DNA from: a virus
Taxonomy: Duplodnaviria > Caudoviricetes
Strand: one strand, 5' to 3'
DNA length: 59,495 nt
Virus record (IMG/VR): IMGVR_UViG_3300002514_000031
Location: 1-59,495 of that record
In this document: in pieces, positions 47,376-56,574 of the stretch
Numbering within the stretch: the stretch's first letter is position 1
Layout of the letters: each line of letters opens with the position of its first letter
Notes under the pieces: model-generated
The model's database searches: none
Seen by the model: only the letters and a program-made list of their open reading frames with translations
Told to the model about the DNA's origin: nothing
Translations under genes and position numbers: made by a program

Positions 47376-48269
47376 TTACTCGGAAGTGCCCATGAACGCT
47401 TTCATCTTATCCACGATGGCCGAAGCGTCTTTGGCTGTCTGCTTTCTTTCTTTCGGATTGTTTCGCAACTCTTCGGGTTTGCGTCCGCCAATCTTCTTTC
47501 GCACGTCCTTCTCCAACGCCGTCAGTTCAGCATCACCCGTGATATTCAGCACGGGCAACAGATCGCAAAGGTCAGTGAGGTTCGTGATCATTGAATCAAA
47601 GATCCTCGCTTTGGGATCACTCAGGCGTTCGGCCACGTGATTGACTACTTCAAACAATCGCTTCCAAACGTCTCCAACAGCATCGTTCACTGTCTTGTTG
47701 ACTTCATCGTCAATTGTCGCTCGGATCTTCTCAGCCTCAACCTCGCACATCTGAACTCGGAAGTCCGAAGATGTCGGCAGCGGCATGACCGTAACATCCC
47801 AACCAAAACGAGTCCGAAGATAATCAGTTGTTGGGAAGTTCTCAGGTTTGTAAAGTCCTTGCAACCTTTCTTTTGCCCGTTCCACAATAGCGGGATAGGT
47901 TTCAGTGAGGAAGGTTTCAACAGCATTATCCAAATCCACTTTCAACTCTCGCATCTTCTCGGTGTAGGTCATGAACATATCCGCAGGAAGGATACGGGCA
48001 CCGTCATTGTTCCAAGGCAGCGTCAGTTTGTCGTGCATCGCTTTGCCTCGGTTCAACGCACTGCGAATTTCTTTCGCAGCGTCCTTCGGAATGTTATGGG
48101 TGTACCATCGGCCACCGTCTCGTCTCGCACCTTTGTTTCGGGTGACTTCGGTTTGTACTTCCGTATCCACGGTACATCCATTCCAGTTATGGATCGTGAG
48201 GTTCACCAGCATCGCTCGTGAGGTAATGTCCGTTGTTCCGATTGTTTTTTTGATTTCTTGGTTTGTCAT
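47376..48269 (-). CDS. DUF3150-like protein
   Basis: TLPW..DGARILP and LNITGD.EL motifs; between AAA and VWA genes. Confidence 0.6.
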   Translation of the reverse strand: MTNQEIKKTIGTTDITSRAMLVNLTIHNWNGCTVDTEVQTEVTRNKGARRDGGRWYTHNIPKDAAKEIRSALNRGKAMHDKLTLPWNNDGARILPADMFMTYTEKMRELKVDLDNAVETFLTETYPAIVERAKERLQGLYKPENFPTTDYLRTRFGWDVTVMPLPTSSDFRVQMCEVEAEKIRATIDDEVNKTVNDAVGDVWKRLFEVVNHVAERLSDPKARIFDSMITNLTDLCDLLPVLNITGDAELTALEKDVRKKIGGRKPEELRNNPKERKQTAKDASAIVDKMKAFMGTSE

Positions 48270-48308
48270 GATAAGTTCCTTTCAAAGTCTTTTTGGTTTT
48301 TGGTTTCG

Positions 48309-49298
48309 TTACAGGAGGATCTCTTGATGATCATTCGCCCATTGAATGAAGTCAACGTTGTTCGCAGCTTCGGGGCACTTTCGTAATGTATCACGGATAG
48401 CCAACACGCCGAACTCATCGGGCAGCCTCGTGGCGTATTGGATGATGCTACTGGCGTTGTCTTCATTCGCCATGGTAGCAATTGCCGTTGAGATAGCATA
48501 CATCGCAGCGGGTTCGGTAGGCACTACGGCATTTGTAGGATCGCTCAGCACGGCATCCATATCAGGAAGATCTTCCCACACTCGGAGGAAGCCAACAAAC
48601 TCGGTAGCGAGTCCAGTACCAGCCGCACCACCGAGTGTTTCCACATCCGTGATTCCTAATGCAACCCATTCAGCGAGGTTGGTCACGGTTCGAGGAGAAG
48701 GACGATTCACGATGTCGTTGGTTGGAGCACCAGGATCCGTCATCAGGCCAGGTCGCAGCCGAACGAAGGCAACAACCTCGGGAGCCACTCCATTTTCCAA
48801 CGCCCATGCACACCAGTCATCCACATCCACATCCAGCTGGACGATAGTTTTGAAACGTGATTTGATAGGTTCCAAAACGCCAGTGACTCCAGCTTTGTCT
48901 TCTCTTCGGTTCGTGGCAGAGATGAACACGACATGGTCGCTGATTTTCTTCCCGTTGATTTCACGTGCGAGGAGGAGTTGCATGTTGGAGGCTTGAACGC
49001 AGGCAGGTGCCTGACCGAGATCATCGATCAATACCACCGTCAACCGATCCACTTCCATCATCTTCCGCAGATCGCCATAAGGGAGAAACTCAGCCTGCCC
49101 GTCCACGATCCCAGGCAATCCCTTTTTGTCGGTAGGATCTTCAACCACGGGGTGAGTGATAATCAAATCAGCTCCTGCTTCCGCCGCAGCCTGTTTGACA
49201 ATGTCGCTCTTGCCGATACCTGGCGCACCTTTGATAAGAACGGGCTTGTTGTTTTTGATTGCCTTGACCAATAGTTTTTTCAGTTTTGTAGCTTTCAT
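48309..49298 (-). CDS. MoxR-like AAA+ ATPase
   Basis: GAPGIGKS, LIDDL, ATN, SRF and PSPR motifs. Confidence 0.9.
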   Translation of the reverse strand: MKATKLKKLLVKAIKNNKPVLIKGAPGIGKSDIVKQAAAEAGADLIITHPVVEDPTDKKGLPGIVDGQAEFLPYGDLRKMMEVDRLTVVLIDDLGQAPACVQASNMQLLLAREINGKKISDHVVFISATNRREDKAGVTGVLEPIKSRFKTIVQLDVDVDDWCAWALENGVAPEVVAFVRLRPGLMTDPGAPTNDIVNRPSPRTVTNLAEWVALGITDVETLGGAAGTGLATEFVGFLRVWEDLPDMDAVLSDPTNAVVPTEPAAMYAISTAIATMANEDNASSIIQYATRLPDEFGVLAIRDTLRKCPEAANNVDFIQWANDHQEILL

Positions 49299-49353
49299 GA
49301 TTCAGTCCTTTCTAAATAGTTTCAGTTTTCAGTTCATTTCGTTTCAGTTTCAA

Positions 49354-49758
49354 TTAGCAATATCCATATGCTCGATACACAGCATAGATCGCCAAGATCT
49401 TCCGTGCGTCTCTTTTCCGAGGTGCAGTGTCAATGATCGTTCGTCCTTCGCCATCCAGCAGAAGCATATGACCGCTGATGCGGACAACGTAACGAGTCCC
49501 AGCGGGATCGTTCTTGGATGCTTCTTTGATTTGCTTCCGTGCTCCGCCAACTGTTTTGCTTTTGATTCGTGACTTCCGTGATCGGGCACAGTATCCGTTG
49601 CGGCGGATGATATCCAATCCAACATTCTTTTTAGTTCGCTCATTCCAAGTGTGCTTGTAATCACTCGGATGAATTCCCAAAGCAGCCAGTACATTTGAAA
49701 CGCAAGCTGATTTGACATTTCCACTAGCAGTTGTTTCATGTTCTTGTAATCCAGTCAT
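49354..49758 (-). CDS. Early hypothetical protein
   Basis: Start directly follows the repeated leader. Confidence 0.7.
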   Translation of the reverse strand: MTGLQEHETTASGNVKSACVSNVLAALGIHPSDYKHTWNERTKKNVGLDIIRRNGYCARSRKSRIKSKTVGGARKQIKEASKNDPAGTRYVVRISGHMLLLDGEGRTIIDTAPRKRDARKILAIYAVYRAYGYC

Positions 49759-49808
49759 TTTGATTATCCTTTCTAAGTAGTTTCAGTTTTCAATTTGGTT
49801 CAGTGTAG

Positions 49809-49826
49809 GCTCCTCCGAAGAGGAGC
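49809..49826 (-). promoter_or_regulatory. cUUCGg-capped RNA hairpin
   Basis: Minus strand GCTCCTC-TTCG-GAGGAGC; no U tract. Confidence 0.65.
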
Positions 49827-49840
49827 GAACAGCGAATCAA

Positions 49841-50149
49841 TTACACCCACTGTTTTTCAACGCTGAGTTGATATCCAAACTCCTCGTCATTCTGAATCAT
49901 TCGATTCATTTTGTTTTCCGCTGCTTGTCGTGTCTTCCAATAGCGAGGAAAGAAGTGGGTGTTGCCTTCGTTGTACCAAACTTTTCCTGACCAGTAGAAA
50001 GTTTTGGTTTCACGGTTGATAACTCTTTCACCTTTGATACAGTAATGTGTGTGCTCCTTTTCCCGTCTGGCTTCCGCCTTGGCTTCTCTTTTTTCTGATG
50101 CTCTTTTTTCAGCAGCGTCAATCACGTCCATTTCGTATGAGTTGTTCAT
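49841..50149 (-). CDS. Early hypothetical protein
   Basis: Start directly follows the repeated leader. Confidence 0.7.
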   Translation of the reverse strand: MNNSYEMDVIDAAEKRASEKREAKAEARREKEHTHYCIKGERVINRETKTFYWSGKVWYNEGNTHFFPRYWKTRQAAENKMNRMIQNDEEFGYQLSVEKQWV

Positions 50150-50183
50150 TTTGATTTTCCTTTCTAAATAGTTTCAGTTTTGG

Positions 50184-50513
50184 TTATTTGACTCGTTGAA
50201 TACAAATTGCGGTTGGATCGTTGAAAATAGTGAATCCAAGTTCTTCAATTCTGTCCTCGAAATCCGCTGAAGCACCCACACTCCATTTTCTTTCACTCTC
50301 AGGAAGGATCCGAGCGTGATGAAGTTCGTGACGAAGTCCGATACCCAAACTTGTCACACTTGGGTAGTGTCCGAACTTTTCCATGGCTTGGTCGATGATG
50401 CTTTGGATGTCCTCTTTGAGTTCGGTGTCAACTCTCCTCTCAATCAATTTCTTTTCTTTTTTAGTTTCGATGTCTTTGATAGTTTCGTTTTTGATTTTTG
50501 TTAGCTGTGTCAT
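50184..50513 (-). CDS. Early hypothetical protein
   Basis: Start directly follows the repeated leader. Confidence 0.7.
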   Translation of the reverse strand: MTQLTKIKNETIKDIETKKEKKLIERRVDTELKEDIQSIIDQAMEKFGHYPSVTSLGIGLRHELHHARILPESERKWSVGASADFEDRIEELGFTIFNDPTAICIQRVK

Positions 50514-50547
50514 TTTGATTTTCCTTTCTAAGTAGTTTCAGTTTTGG

Positions 50548-50754
50548 TTATGCTTCTTTGACTGCGTTCAATCTCTTGATGACTTTCTTCAAATCTTCAA
50601 TAACAACTTGAAGATGCTTTTTGGTTTCGTCCGAGCATCGAGAAGTTGTATCCGAAAGCCAGCTGGCCAGTTCTTTTTCTTTTTTCTCGATGAGTGATTC
50701 CAAAGTTCCGAAGTTCAATAACGATTGTTCCACTTGCGTCAGTTTCATTTTCAT
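50548..50754 (-). CDS. Early hypothetical protein (first gene of the early block)
   Basis: Start directly follows the repeated leader. Confidence 0.7.
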   Translation of the reverse strand: MKMKLTQVEQSLLNFGTLESLIEKKEKELASWLSDTTSRCSDETKKHLQVVIEDLKKVIKRLNAVKEA

Positions 50755-51089
50755 TCTCCTTCTAAGTAGTTTCAGTTTTCATTTCAATTTCAAACTTGAC
50801 CGTGAGGCGTTGCTTCCTCATAAAAGTCTTTCACTCGGTCAAAGCGTTTCAGCACGCTGGAGAAGTCTGAAGAGTGTAACCTTGTTTCGCCGATCAGCTA
50901 GTGAGTTGCTATCCTCAGAGGCTCGCTATAAATCCGCACTTACAATTTCAAACTTCTCATGGGTCTGACCGTTTCTCATCTCAACCTTCTCTCCCGAGAG
51001 GCCTTGGCTTTCGCATGATTCGAAACCTGCTTTCGCTGCCATCCGCATTTCTCTATTCACTTTTAATAACCTCTTAACTTCTACACTAT

Positions 51090-51118
51090 ATAGTATCGAC
51101 TGTTTCGATATTCGTCAA
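51090..51118 (-). promoter_or_regulatory. Host sigma70-type early promoter
   Basis: TTGACG-17 nt-TACTAT on the minus strand with A-rich sequence upstream; overlaps palindrome TATCGA-N5-TCGATA. Confidence 0.75.
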
Positions 51119-51257
51119 GCGTAAAATCCGAAAAAACATGCACTTTTTTTTTGGGCTCCTTTTTCCCTTCCTTTTTAGTGTTATTTGTTAGTGTTATGGC
51201 TCTTTTGTTTTTTGGATCCTGAAAAGTTTTTTTGAAATTTTTTGTTTTTCTTTTCGC

Positions 51258-51269
51258 ATCTATAATAAG
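51258..51269 (+). promoter_or_regulatory. Phage promoter motif ATCTATAATAAG upstream of a non-coding region
   Basis: Exact 12-mer; no RBS/ATG follows. Confidence 0.75.
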
Positions 51270-51610
51270 ACAGGAAGAAAACCGCAGAAAGTCCTGCCGT
51301 CAGTTTCAGGAAAGACCGAGGTCAAAAACTGATACCAAACGCTTCACGGGTCAGTAGGTGAAGAGACGTAACGAAACGCAACGTGCCCTATTGCGTTCCA
51401 AAACATTTTTGTTTTGCACTCTGCGAACTTCGAGGAGTGGCTGGACGATCCCAGCGAAATGGTTTGACGAAGTTCCGCTTGAAAGCCTCACTCAAAATTG
51501 ATTGAAGTTTTTGAAAGTGTCCGAATTGCTCGGGCACTTTCTGCCTACTCAACGAGTAGAGAAGAAAGAACCTTCAAGAGCAATAGCGATTGAAGAAGGA
51601 GTTCTTTTTT
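51270..51610 (+). ncRNA. Candidate structured non-coding RNA
   Basis: Promoter at the 5' end, about ten consecutive stems, T-rich end, no ORF in the track. Confidence 0.55.
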
Positions 51611-51625
51611 GTTTTGGTTTTTTCA

Positions 51626-51637
51626 ATCTATAATAAG
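51626..51637 (+). promoter_or_regulatory. Phage promoter motif ATCTATAATAAG
   Basis: Exact 12-mer upstream of AAGGAG and ATG 51678. Confidence 0.8.
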
Positions 51638-51677
51638 ACGGAAGCAAAAAGATTTTAACATTCAGAAGGAGACTACA

Positions 51678-52163
51678 ATGCCGAAGAAAAGCAAATTGGA
51701 AACGATGAAAAACGATCTCACGAAAATCCGTGATGCTCGCATCGACAAAATTGAACGGTGGTACGAAGAGACGTTGATTGCTCTCGATGAGATGTACGGT
51801 TCACCCGTGTTTGCGGTTCCTGTAGTGATGAACATTCATCCTACGAAAAAGAAGAAACGAAAAAGAAGAAGAGGAACCAAAGACACCCGCAAGTATCTCA
51901 GCAAAACTTCCTACGACATCATCACCGAGTATATGACGATGATCAACGAAGGAGAGCTATTCAGCGTGCTGGATATTCGGGAATGGATCCTGAAAAATTT
52001 CAAAGGGTACAACGTCACGAACGATTGTCACTTGGCGAACATTCCGAATGTTCTGAGGAAACTCAGAAAGAGAGGAGCCTTGGATTTTCAGACCGTGGGA
52101 GGTCATGAGGGAAGAGGCCTGAACGCCGAACACATTCTGACGAAAGCACCTGAAGTAAAATGA
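51678..52163 (+). CDS. Hypothetical protein, basic patch plus possible winged helix
   Basis: KKKKRKRRR patch; AAGGAG RBS. Confidence 0.65.
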   Translation: MPKKSKLETMKNDLTKIRDARIDKIERWYEETLIALDEMYGSPVFAVPVVMNIHPTKKKKRKRRRGTKDTRKYLSKTSYDIITEYMTMINEGELFSVLDIREWILKNFKGYNVTNDCHLANIPNVLRKLRKRGALDFQTVGGHEGRGLNAEHILTKAPEVK

Positions 52164-52236
52164 TACAGCATGACGGTGAATACATCACGGTGGAGTTGAA
52201 CGTCCAAGTGACGTTTGGAGAAGAGGAGAAAGAAAA

Positions 52237-52542
52237 ATGAAAAACAAAGGCATGCTCTTTCCCGAGGCAGGAACCGTAGAGAAGATGAGGTGTGATGTTT
52301 GTAATGCGTGGATGGACATAGTGAGAAACGTGCGTGGAAGTAAAAGCTGGGGAGGAGCGATGGCGGGAATCATAACCACCTTTGATCAGTTCATCTGTCC
52401 ATACATCAAAGCACCGTGGCACGTGAACCTCCTCCAGCTCCGAGAAGAGGCCGAACGAACCGTCAGCAAGAAGATCCGAGCAATCATCGAGCAGGAAATG
52501 GAAGAAATTTTGAGCAATGTTCTGAGGAAACTCAGGAGGTGA
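52237..52542 (+). CDS. Hypothetical protein with possible zinc ribbon
   Basis: CDVC...CP.....WH; GAGGAG RBS. Confidence 0.6.
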   Translation: MKNKGMLFPEAGTVEKMRCDVCNAWMDIVRNVRGSKSWGGAMAGIITTFDQFICPYIKAPWHVNLLQLREEAERTVSKKIRAIIEQEMEEILSNVLRKLRR

Positions 52543-52650
52543 GTATGGTGATGGCAAAAGCTGATGATGAAAAAGATTCCGACAATTGAATAATTCTTTT
52601 TGTTGAAGTGGACTTGGTCGATATGATAGGAAGTAGTAAGGAAACCGAAT

Positions 52651-53355
52651 ATGGCCAAGAAAACTCTTGTGAAGAAAGCGAAGAAGGCGGCAAGAACGAT
52701 CCCAACCGTCACCAAGTGCACGGTGAAAGAGGAACGCTTTTGCAAAGAATACATCAAACACGGTAACGGATCCAAATCCCATCGTGACGCTGGCTATGGC
52801 GGCAACAATAATCACGTCCGTGCTCATGAGCTTCTCCAAAAGACGCATATCCAAAAGAGGATAGCTGAACTCAATAAGGATCGGGAGATCCGAACTCAAG
52901 TCACCGCTGACCGAACTATTCGAGAACATGCCCGAATTGCTTTTGCCAATCACGATGAGATAGCGAAGGCAGCCAGCGATGCTTCGAGCGTGGCAGACTT
53001 TTTCAACCGTTTGAGTACAGACGATTGCGCAGCGGTGGAATCCGCTCGAATGGTTACGTTGGAAAAAAGGAAACCCGCCAAGCCAGCTCGGTATGATAAG
53101 GATGGTGAGGAGATCCGTCCAGAAGTTCCCGAAGTTCCCGAAGTCACTGAACTCCGATACGTTCTTCATGATAAACAAAAAGCTCTCGATGCCCTCGACA
53201 AAATCCAAGGACTTCTTATCATTCGTCATTCTCATTCGGACGATACGCCCAAATTGAATACGGTACGTGTAGAAGATTTGGGGTTGGGAACGGAAGCGAA
53301 GAAAGAGTTGTTGGAGAGGATCCGAGAAGCCCAGAAGGAGGAGAAGGAAGAATGA
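52651..53355 (+). CDS. terS: Terminase small subunit
   Basis: KEERFCKEY..GN....AGY, ELL...I..RI, RIAFA and HDKQKALDAL motifs. Confidence 0.88.
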   Translation: MAKKTLVKKAKKAARTIPTVTKCTVKEERFCKEYIKHGNGSKSHRDAGYGGNNNHVRAHELLQKTHIQKRIAELNKDREIRTQVTADRTIREHARIAFANHDEIAKAASDASSVADFFNRLSTDDCAAVESARMVTLEKRKPAKPARYDKDGEEIRPEVPEVPEVTELRYVLHDKQKALDALDKIQGLLIIRHSHSDDTPKLNTVRVEDLGLGTEAKKELLERIREAQKEEKEE

Positions 53356-54833
53356 CACCCGCATTACTCGAAAAAGAGATTGCTGAAGATATTCTATTGG
53401 AAGAGCATGACGTGGTAGCGAGTATCTGCCGTGATAGCTTTTGGTTTTTCGTTCAAGAGTTCTGGGCAGAAATTATTGATGAACCTCTCATTGAGAATTG
53501 GCACATGCCCTTGTTATGCGAAGAACTTCAGAAGCTGGCGGAGCGGGTTTTCAAGCGTTTGCCTCTTCGGCAGGATCTTCTAATCAACATCGCGCCAGGC
53601 ACTAGCAAAAGCACCATCACCTCGGTTATGCTTCCTGCGTGGTGTTGGATCCGAGCACCGTGGGTTCAGATTATCTGCGGCAGTTACGGGCATGACCTCG
53701 CATTGGATCTCTCTACGAAGGGAAGAGCGATTGTGGAAAGCGAGAAATACAAAGCGTGTTTTCCCGAAGTCAAATTGAGTAGCACTCAAAACGCAAAACA
53801 ATTCTATCAGACCACCGCTGGAGGGTGGCGGTTCGCTACGTCCACGGGCGGAGCGGTTACGGGAAGGCACGGGCATTTGATAATCATAGATGATCCAGTG
53901 GATCCGCAGGGAGCGGAGAGTTTGGCAGAGAACGAAGCGGCACGCCTCTGGCTGACCGATGTTATACCAAAAAGAAAAGTAGACCAATCCAGAACCCCCA
54001 CGGTGATGATAATGCAAAGACTTCACCGAGACGATCCGAGTGCCCTTTGGCAAGACCAAATGAAAAGAGGAAGGCACGTGAAGCATATCTGCCTCCCTGC
54101 GGAAGTAAACGAGTTCATCAAACCCGTCTCTTTGGCTGCACGTTACGTGGATGGCCTTTTGGATCCCGTTCGGTTGAGTAGAATGGTATTGGAAAATCAA
54201 TGGAGAGTTTCCGAGCATTCTTATGAGGCTCAATATCTTCAGAACCCAATCCCACGGGGAGGAGGAATGTTCAAGACGGACAACATCGAGATCCTACCCA
54301 TGGACAAGTATCCTGAAGGGTTCAAGCTCGTTCGGTATTGGGACAAAGCGGGTACACGAGAAGGCGGAGCATATACGGCGGGAGTGCTTATGGGAGCAAG
54401 AGGAAAGAACCGCATGAAGGAGTTTGTGATATTAGACGTAGTGAGAGGGCAGTGGGAAGCGTATACTCGTGAAAAGATAATCCGACAAACGGCGGAAGCG
54501 GATGGAAGGCGGGTGATTGTTCGAGTAGAACAAGAACCTGGAAGTGGCGGGAAAGAATCCGCTGAGAACACGATCCGAAACCTCGCTGGCTTCCGAGTCG
54601 CAGCGGATCTCGTTGGTGCTAGCAGCGGGAACAAAGTTCAACGAGCGGATCCGCTGGCGAGTCAAGTCAATGGCGGAGCGGTGAAGATGAGAAGAGCGGA
54701 TTGGAACAGTGCGTATCTCGATGAGATGCGATCCTTCCGAGAACAAAGCAAATACAAAGACCAAATAGACGCATCCACAGGAGCTTTTTCTCTCCTCGTG
54801 GGCAGACAGAAATACATAGGAGCATTGAGATAA
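53352..54833 (+). CDS. terL: Terminase large subunit
   Basis: APGTSKS, TGRHGHLIIIDDP, IMQRLH, YWDKA, EQEPG and DQIDA motifs. Confidence 0.95.
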   Translation: MTPALLEKEIAEDILLEEHDVVASICRDSFWFFVQEFWAEIIDEPLIENWHMPLLCEELQKLAERVFKRLPLRQDLLINIAPGTSKSTITSVMLPAWCWIRAPWVQIICGSYGHDLALDLSTKGRAIVESEKYKACFPEVKLSSTQNAKQFYQTTAGGWRFATSTGGAVTGRHGHLIIIDDPVDPQGAESLAENEAARLWLTDVIPKRKVDQSRTPTVMIMQRLHRDDPSALWQDQMKRGRHVKHICLPAEVNEFIKPVSLAARYVDGLLDPVRLSRMVLENQWRVSEHSYEAQYLQNPIPRGGGMFKTDNIEILPMDKYPEGFKLVRYWDKAGTREGGAYTAGVLMGARGKNRMKEFVILDVVRGQWEAYTREKIIRQTAEADGRRVIVRVEQEPGSGGKESAENTIRNLAGFRVAADLVGASSGNKVQRADPLASQVNGGAVKMRRADWNSAYLDEMRSFREQSKYKDQIDASTGAFSLLVGRQKYIGALR

Positions 54834-54834
54834 C

Positions 54835-56391
54835 ATGGCAAAGAAGAAAGCAGTGAAGAAATTGAAGAACATGGGAACTCCCGTGCCATCGATCAATCTG
54901 GCCCAGCAGAAAAAAAAGATCGGTGCGAGGATTCTCAACCATCATACTACCTCCACTATGCAACAAATCATCAACACGATGTCTACACGAAGCGAAGCGT
55001 GGAGCAAGATGCTGGATCCTCGAAGGGATCTGGATACCGAATGCGGGTACAAGGTCAACCCGTCAGCCTCCGATTACAATGACATCTACGAAAAGGAAGG
55101 TTATGCGGCTCGAGTAGTCCATATCATTCCCGAGGAGTGCTGGCAATCGGATCCCATAGTGACGGAGAACGAGGAAGCAGACGAAACCGAATTTGAGAAG
55201 GCGTGGAAAGAGATCGAAGAACAAAAAGATTTGTATTCGATTATGGCACGTGCTGATGTACTAAGCGGTCTGGGGCGGTTCGGGATCATACTGTTGGGAT
55301 TGAACGATGGCGCAAAGCTCAAGGACGAAGTTGTGCCCAGAGAAGGAATGGAGTTGCTGTACCTTCGGGTGTTCGATGAGAGCGTGGTGCAAGTCGCTAA
55401 GCTCGAAAAGGATTCTCAAAACGAGAGATATGGATTGCCTGTTTTATACACCGTTCAATTTGATGATATTACCAATACCAAATCCATCAAGAGTTCCGAA
55501 GGCATGAAGGTTCATTGGTCTCGAGTGGTTCACTTAGCAGACAACCGAAGGATGAGTGATGTGGTGGGGGTGAGTCGATTGAGAAATGTATATAACCGAT
55601 TACAGGACATCCGCAAAGTGGCGGGAGGATCGGCGGAGATGTACTGGCAAGGAGCGTTTCCTGGTTTCAACTTCGAGGTTGATCCAGCGTTGCTTGAAGC
55701 GGGTTCCGATGCTATCGACACGGACGCATTGAAGAACGAGATGTTGGACTATACCAATGGCCTTCAACGAGCGTTGAAAACGGTTGGCGTGAAAGTCCAT
55801 TCATTGGCTCCGCAGGTCGTGGATCCCACGCCGCAGATCATCGTTCAGTTGAAACTCATCGCATTGGCCAAGGGGATCCCGTTCAGGATCTTCATGGGTA
55901 CAGAAGAAGGAAAGCTGGCGGGTGGTCAGGACGCAAAAGCGTGGGCGAAGCGGATGGCCTCTCGGCAAAGAGAATATCTGACGCCGTATGTGGTACGGCC
56001 TTTCATTCAGCAATTGATAAACGTAGGTGTTTTGCCTGAGGTAGAAGATTTCAAAATTGACTGGCCTAATATGCTAGAGGTCAGCGAGAAGGAAAAGGCG
56101 GAAGTGGCGAACATAATAACAGCCGCCATGAAAGCATATGTACAAGGCGGAGTTGATCACTTGATTCCGCCTGACCAGTATCTGATAAACATTATTGGAC
56201 TGGATGCGGATCTAGTTGAAGAAATGAAAGCGGAGATTGAAGCAATCATCGAGCAGGAAGAAAAAGATCAAGCCGCACTCGAAGAGGATCTGCGAAAGCA
56301 GGGATTGAATCCTGATGGTACGCCAATTCAACCCGAAGAAGAGGAAGAAGAAAACGAGCCACCAGTTCCTCCAGTTCCTCCTCAAAAATAA
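54835..56391 (+). CDS. Portal protein (DUF1073-like)
   Basis: Follows TerL; AARVV, YGLP, VHWSRVVH and GIPFRIFMG motifs. Confidence 0.85.
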   Translation: MAKKKAVKKLKNMGTPVPSINLAQQKKKIGARILNHHTTSTMQQIINTMSTRSEAWSKMLDPRRDLDTECGYKVNPSASDYNDIYEKEGYAARVVHIIPEECWQSDPIVTENEEADETEFEKAWKEIEEQKDLYSIMARADVLSGLGRFGIILLGLNDGAKLKDEVVPREGMELLYLRVFDESVVQVAKLEKDSQNERYGLPVLYTVQFDDITNTKSIKSSEGMKVHWSRVVHLADNRRMSDVVGVSRLRNVYNRLQDIRKVAGGSAEMYWQGAFPGFNFEVDPALLEAGSDAIDTDALKNEMLDYTNGLQRALKTVGVKVHSLAPQVVDPTPQIIVQLKLIALAKGIPFRIFMGTEEGKLAGGQDAKAWAKRMASRQREYLTPYVVRPFIQQLINVGVLPEVEDFKIDWPNMLEVSEKEKAEVANIITAAMKAYVQGGVDHLIPPDQYLINIIGLDADLVEEMKAEIEAIIEQEEKDQAALEEDLRKQGLNPDGTPIQPEEEEEENEPPVPPVPPQK

Positions 56392-56574
56392 ATAGAGATC
56401 AGAAAAGGATATGAGTGATGATTGAACAGCACGATCCCTACGGTGAAGATTGGTCAAGAATCTGGTTTTGGTTGATTATTATATTGGTGGGAGGAGGAGT
56501 TGTGTGTGCTTGGGTTTTGATATTTCGAGAGTTGTTTTTTATGACATGCAGTCCGATGAAAGGCGGTTGAATAG

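Larger units (their letters stand above)
49299..50780 (-). repeat. Five copies of an intergenic leader AAAACTGAAACTA(C/T)TTAGAA(A)GGA preceding consecutive early genes
   Basis: Copies near 49307, 49767, 50158, 50522 and 50757, each just upstream of an ATG. Confidence 0.88.

Noticed and set aside
49350-49739. Alternative 129-aa ORF overlapping 49354..49758
   Set aside because: The repeated leader and RBS point to the ATG at 49758.
49299-50780. Repeats resembling a CRISPR array
   Set aside because: The intervening sequences are 200-400 nt protein-coding genes, the repeats contain an RBS, and no cas genes are present.
51120-51257. T-rich tract as a replication origin
   Set aside because: No iterons seen; equally explained as upstream elements of two divergent promoters.
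51270-51610. Assignment of the structured region to RNase P, tmRNA, tRNA or a hammerhead ribozyme
   Set aside because: Only fragmentary matches (GAAAGTCC, CTGA..GAAAC); the complete conserved cores and tRNA-like ends are missing.
52063-53364. 433-aa minus-strand ORF
   Set aside because: Antisense to TerS and two well-supported + strand genes, with no recognisable motifs; shadow ORF.
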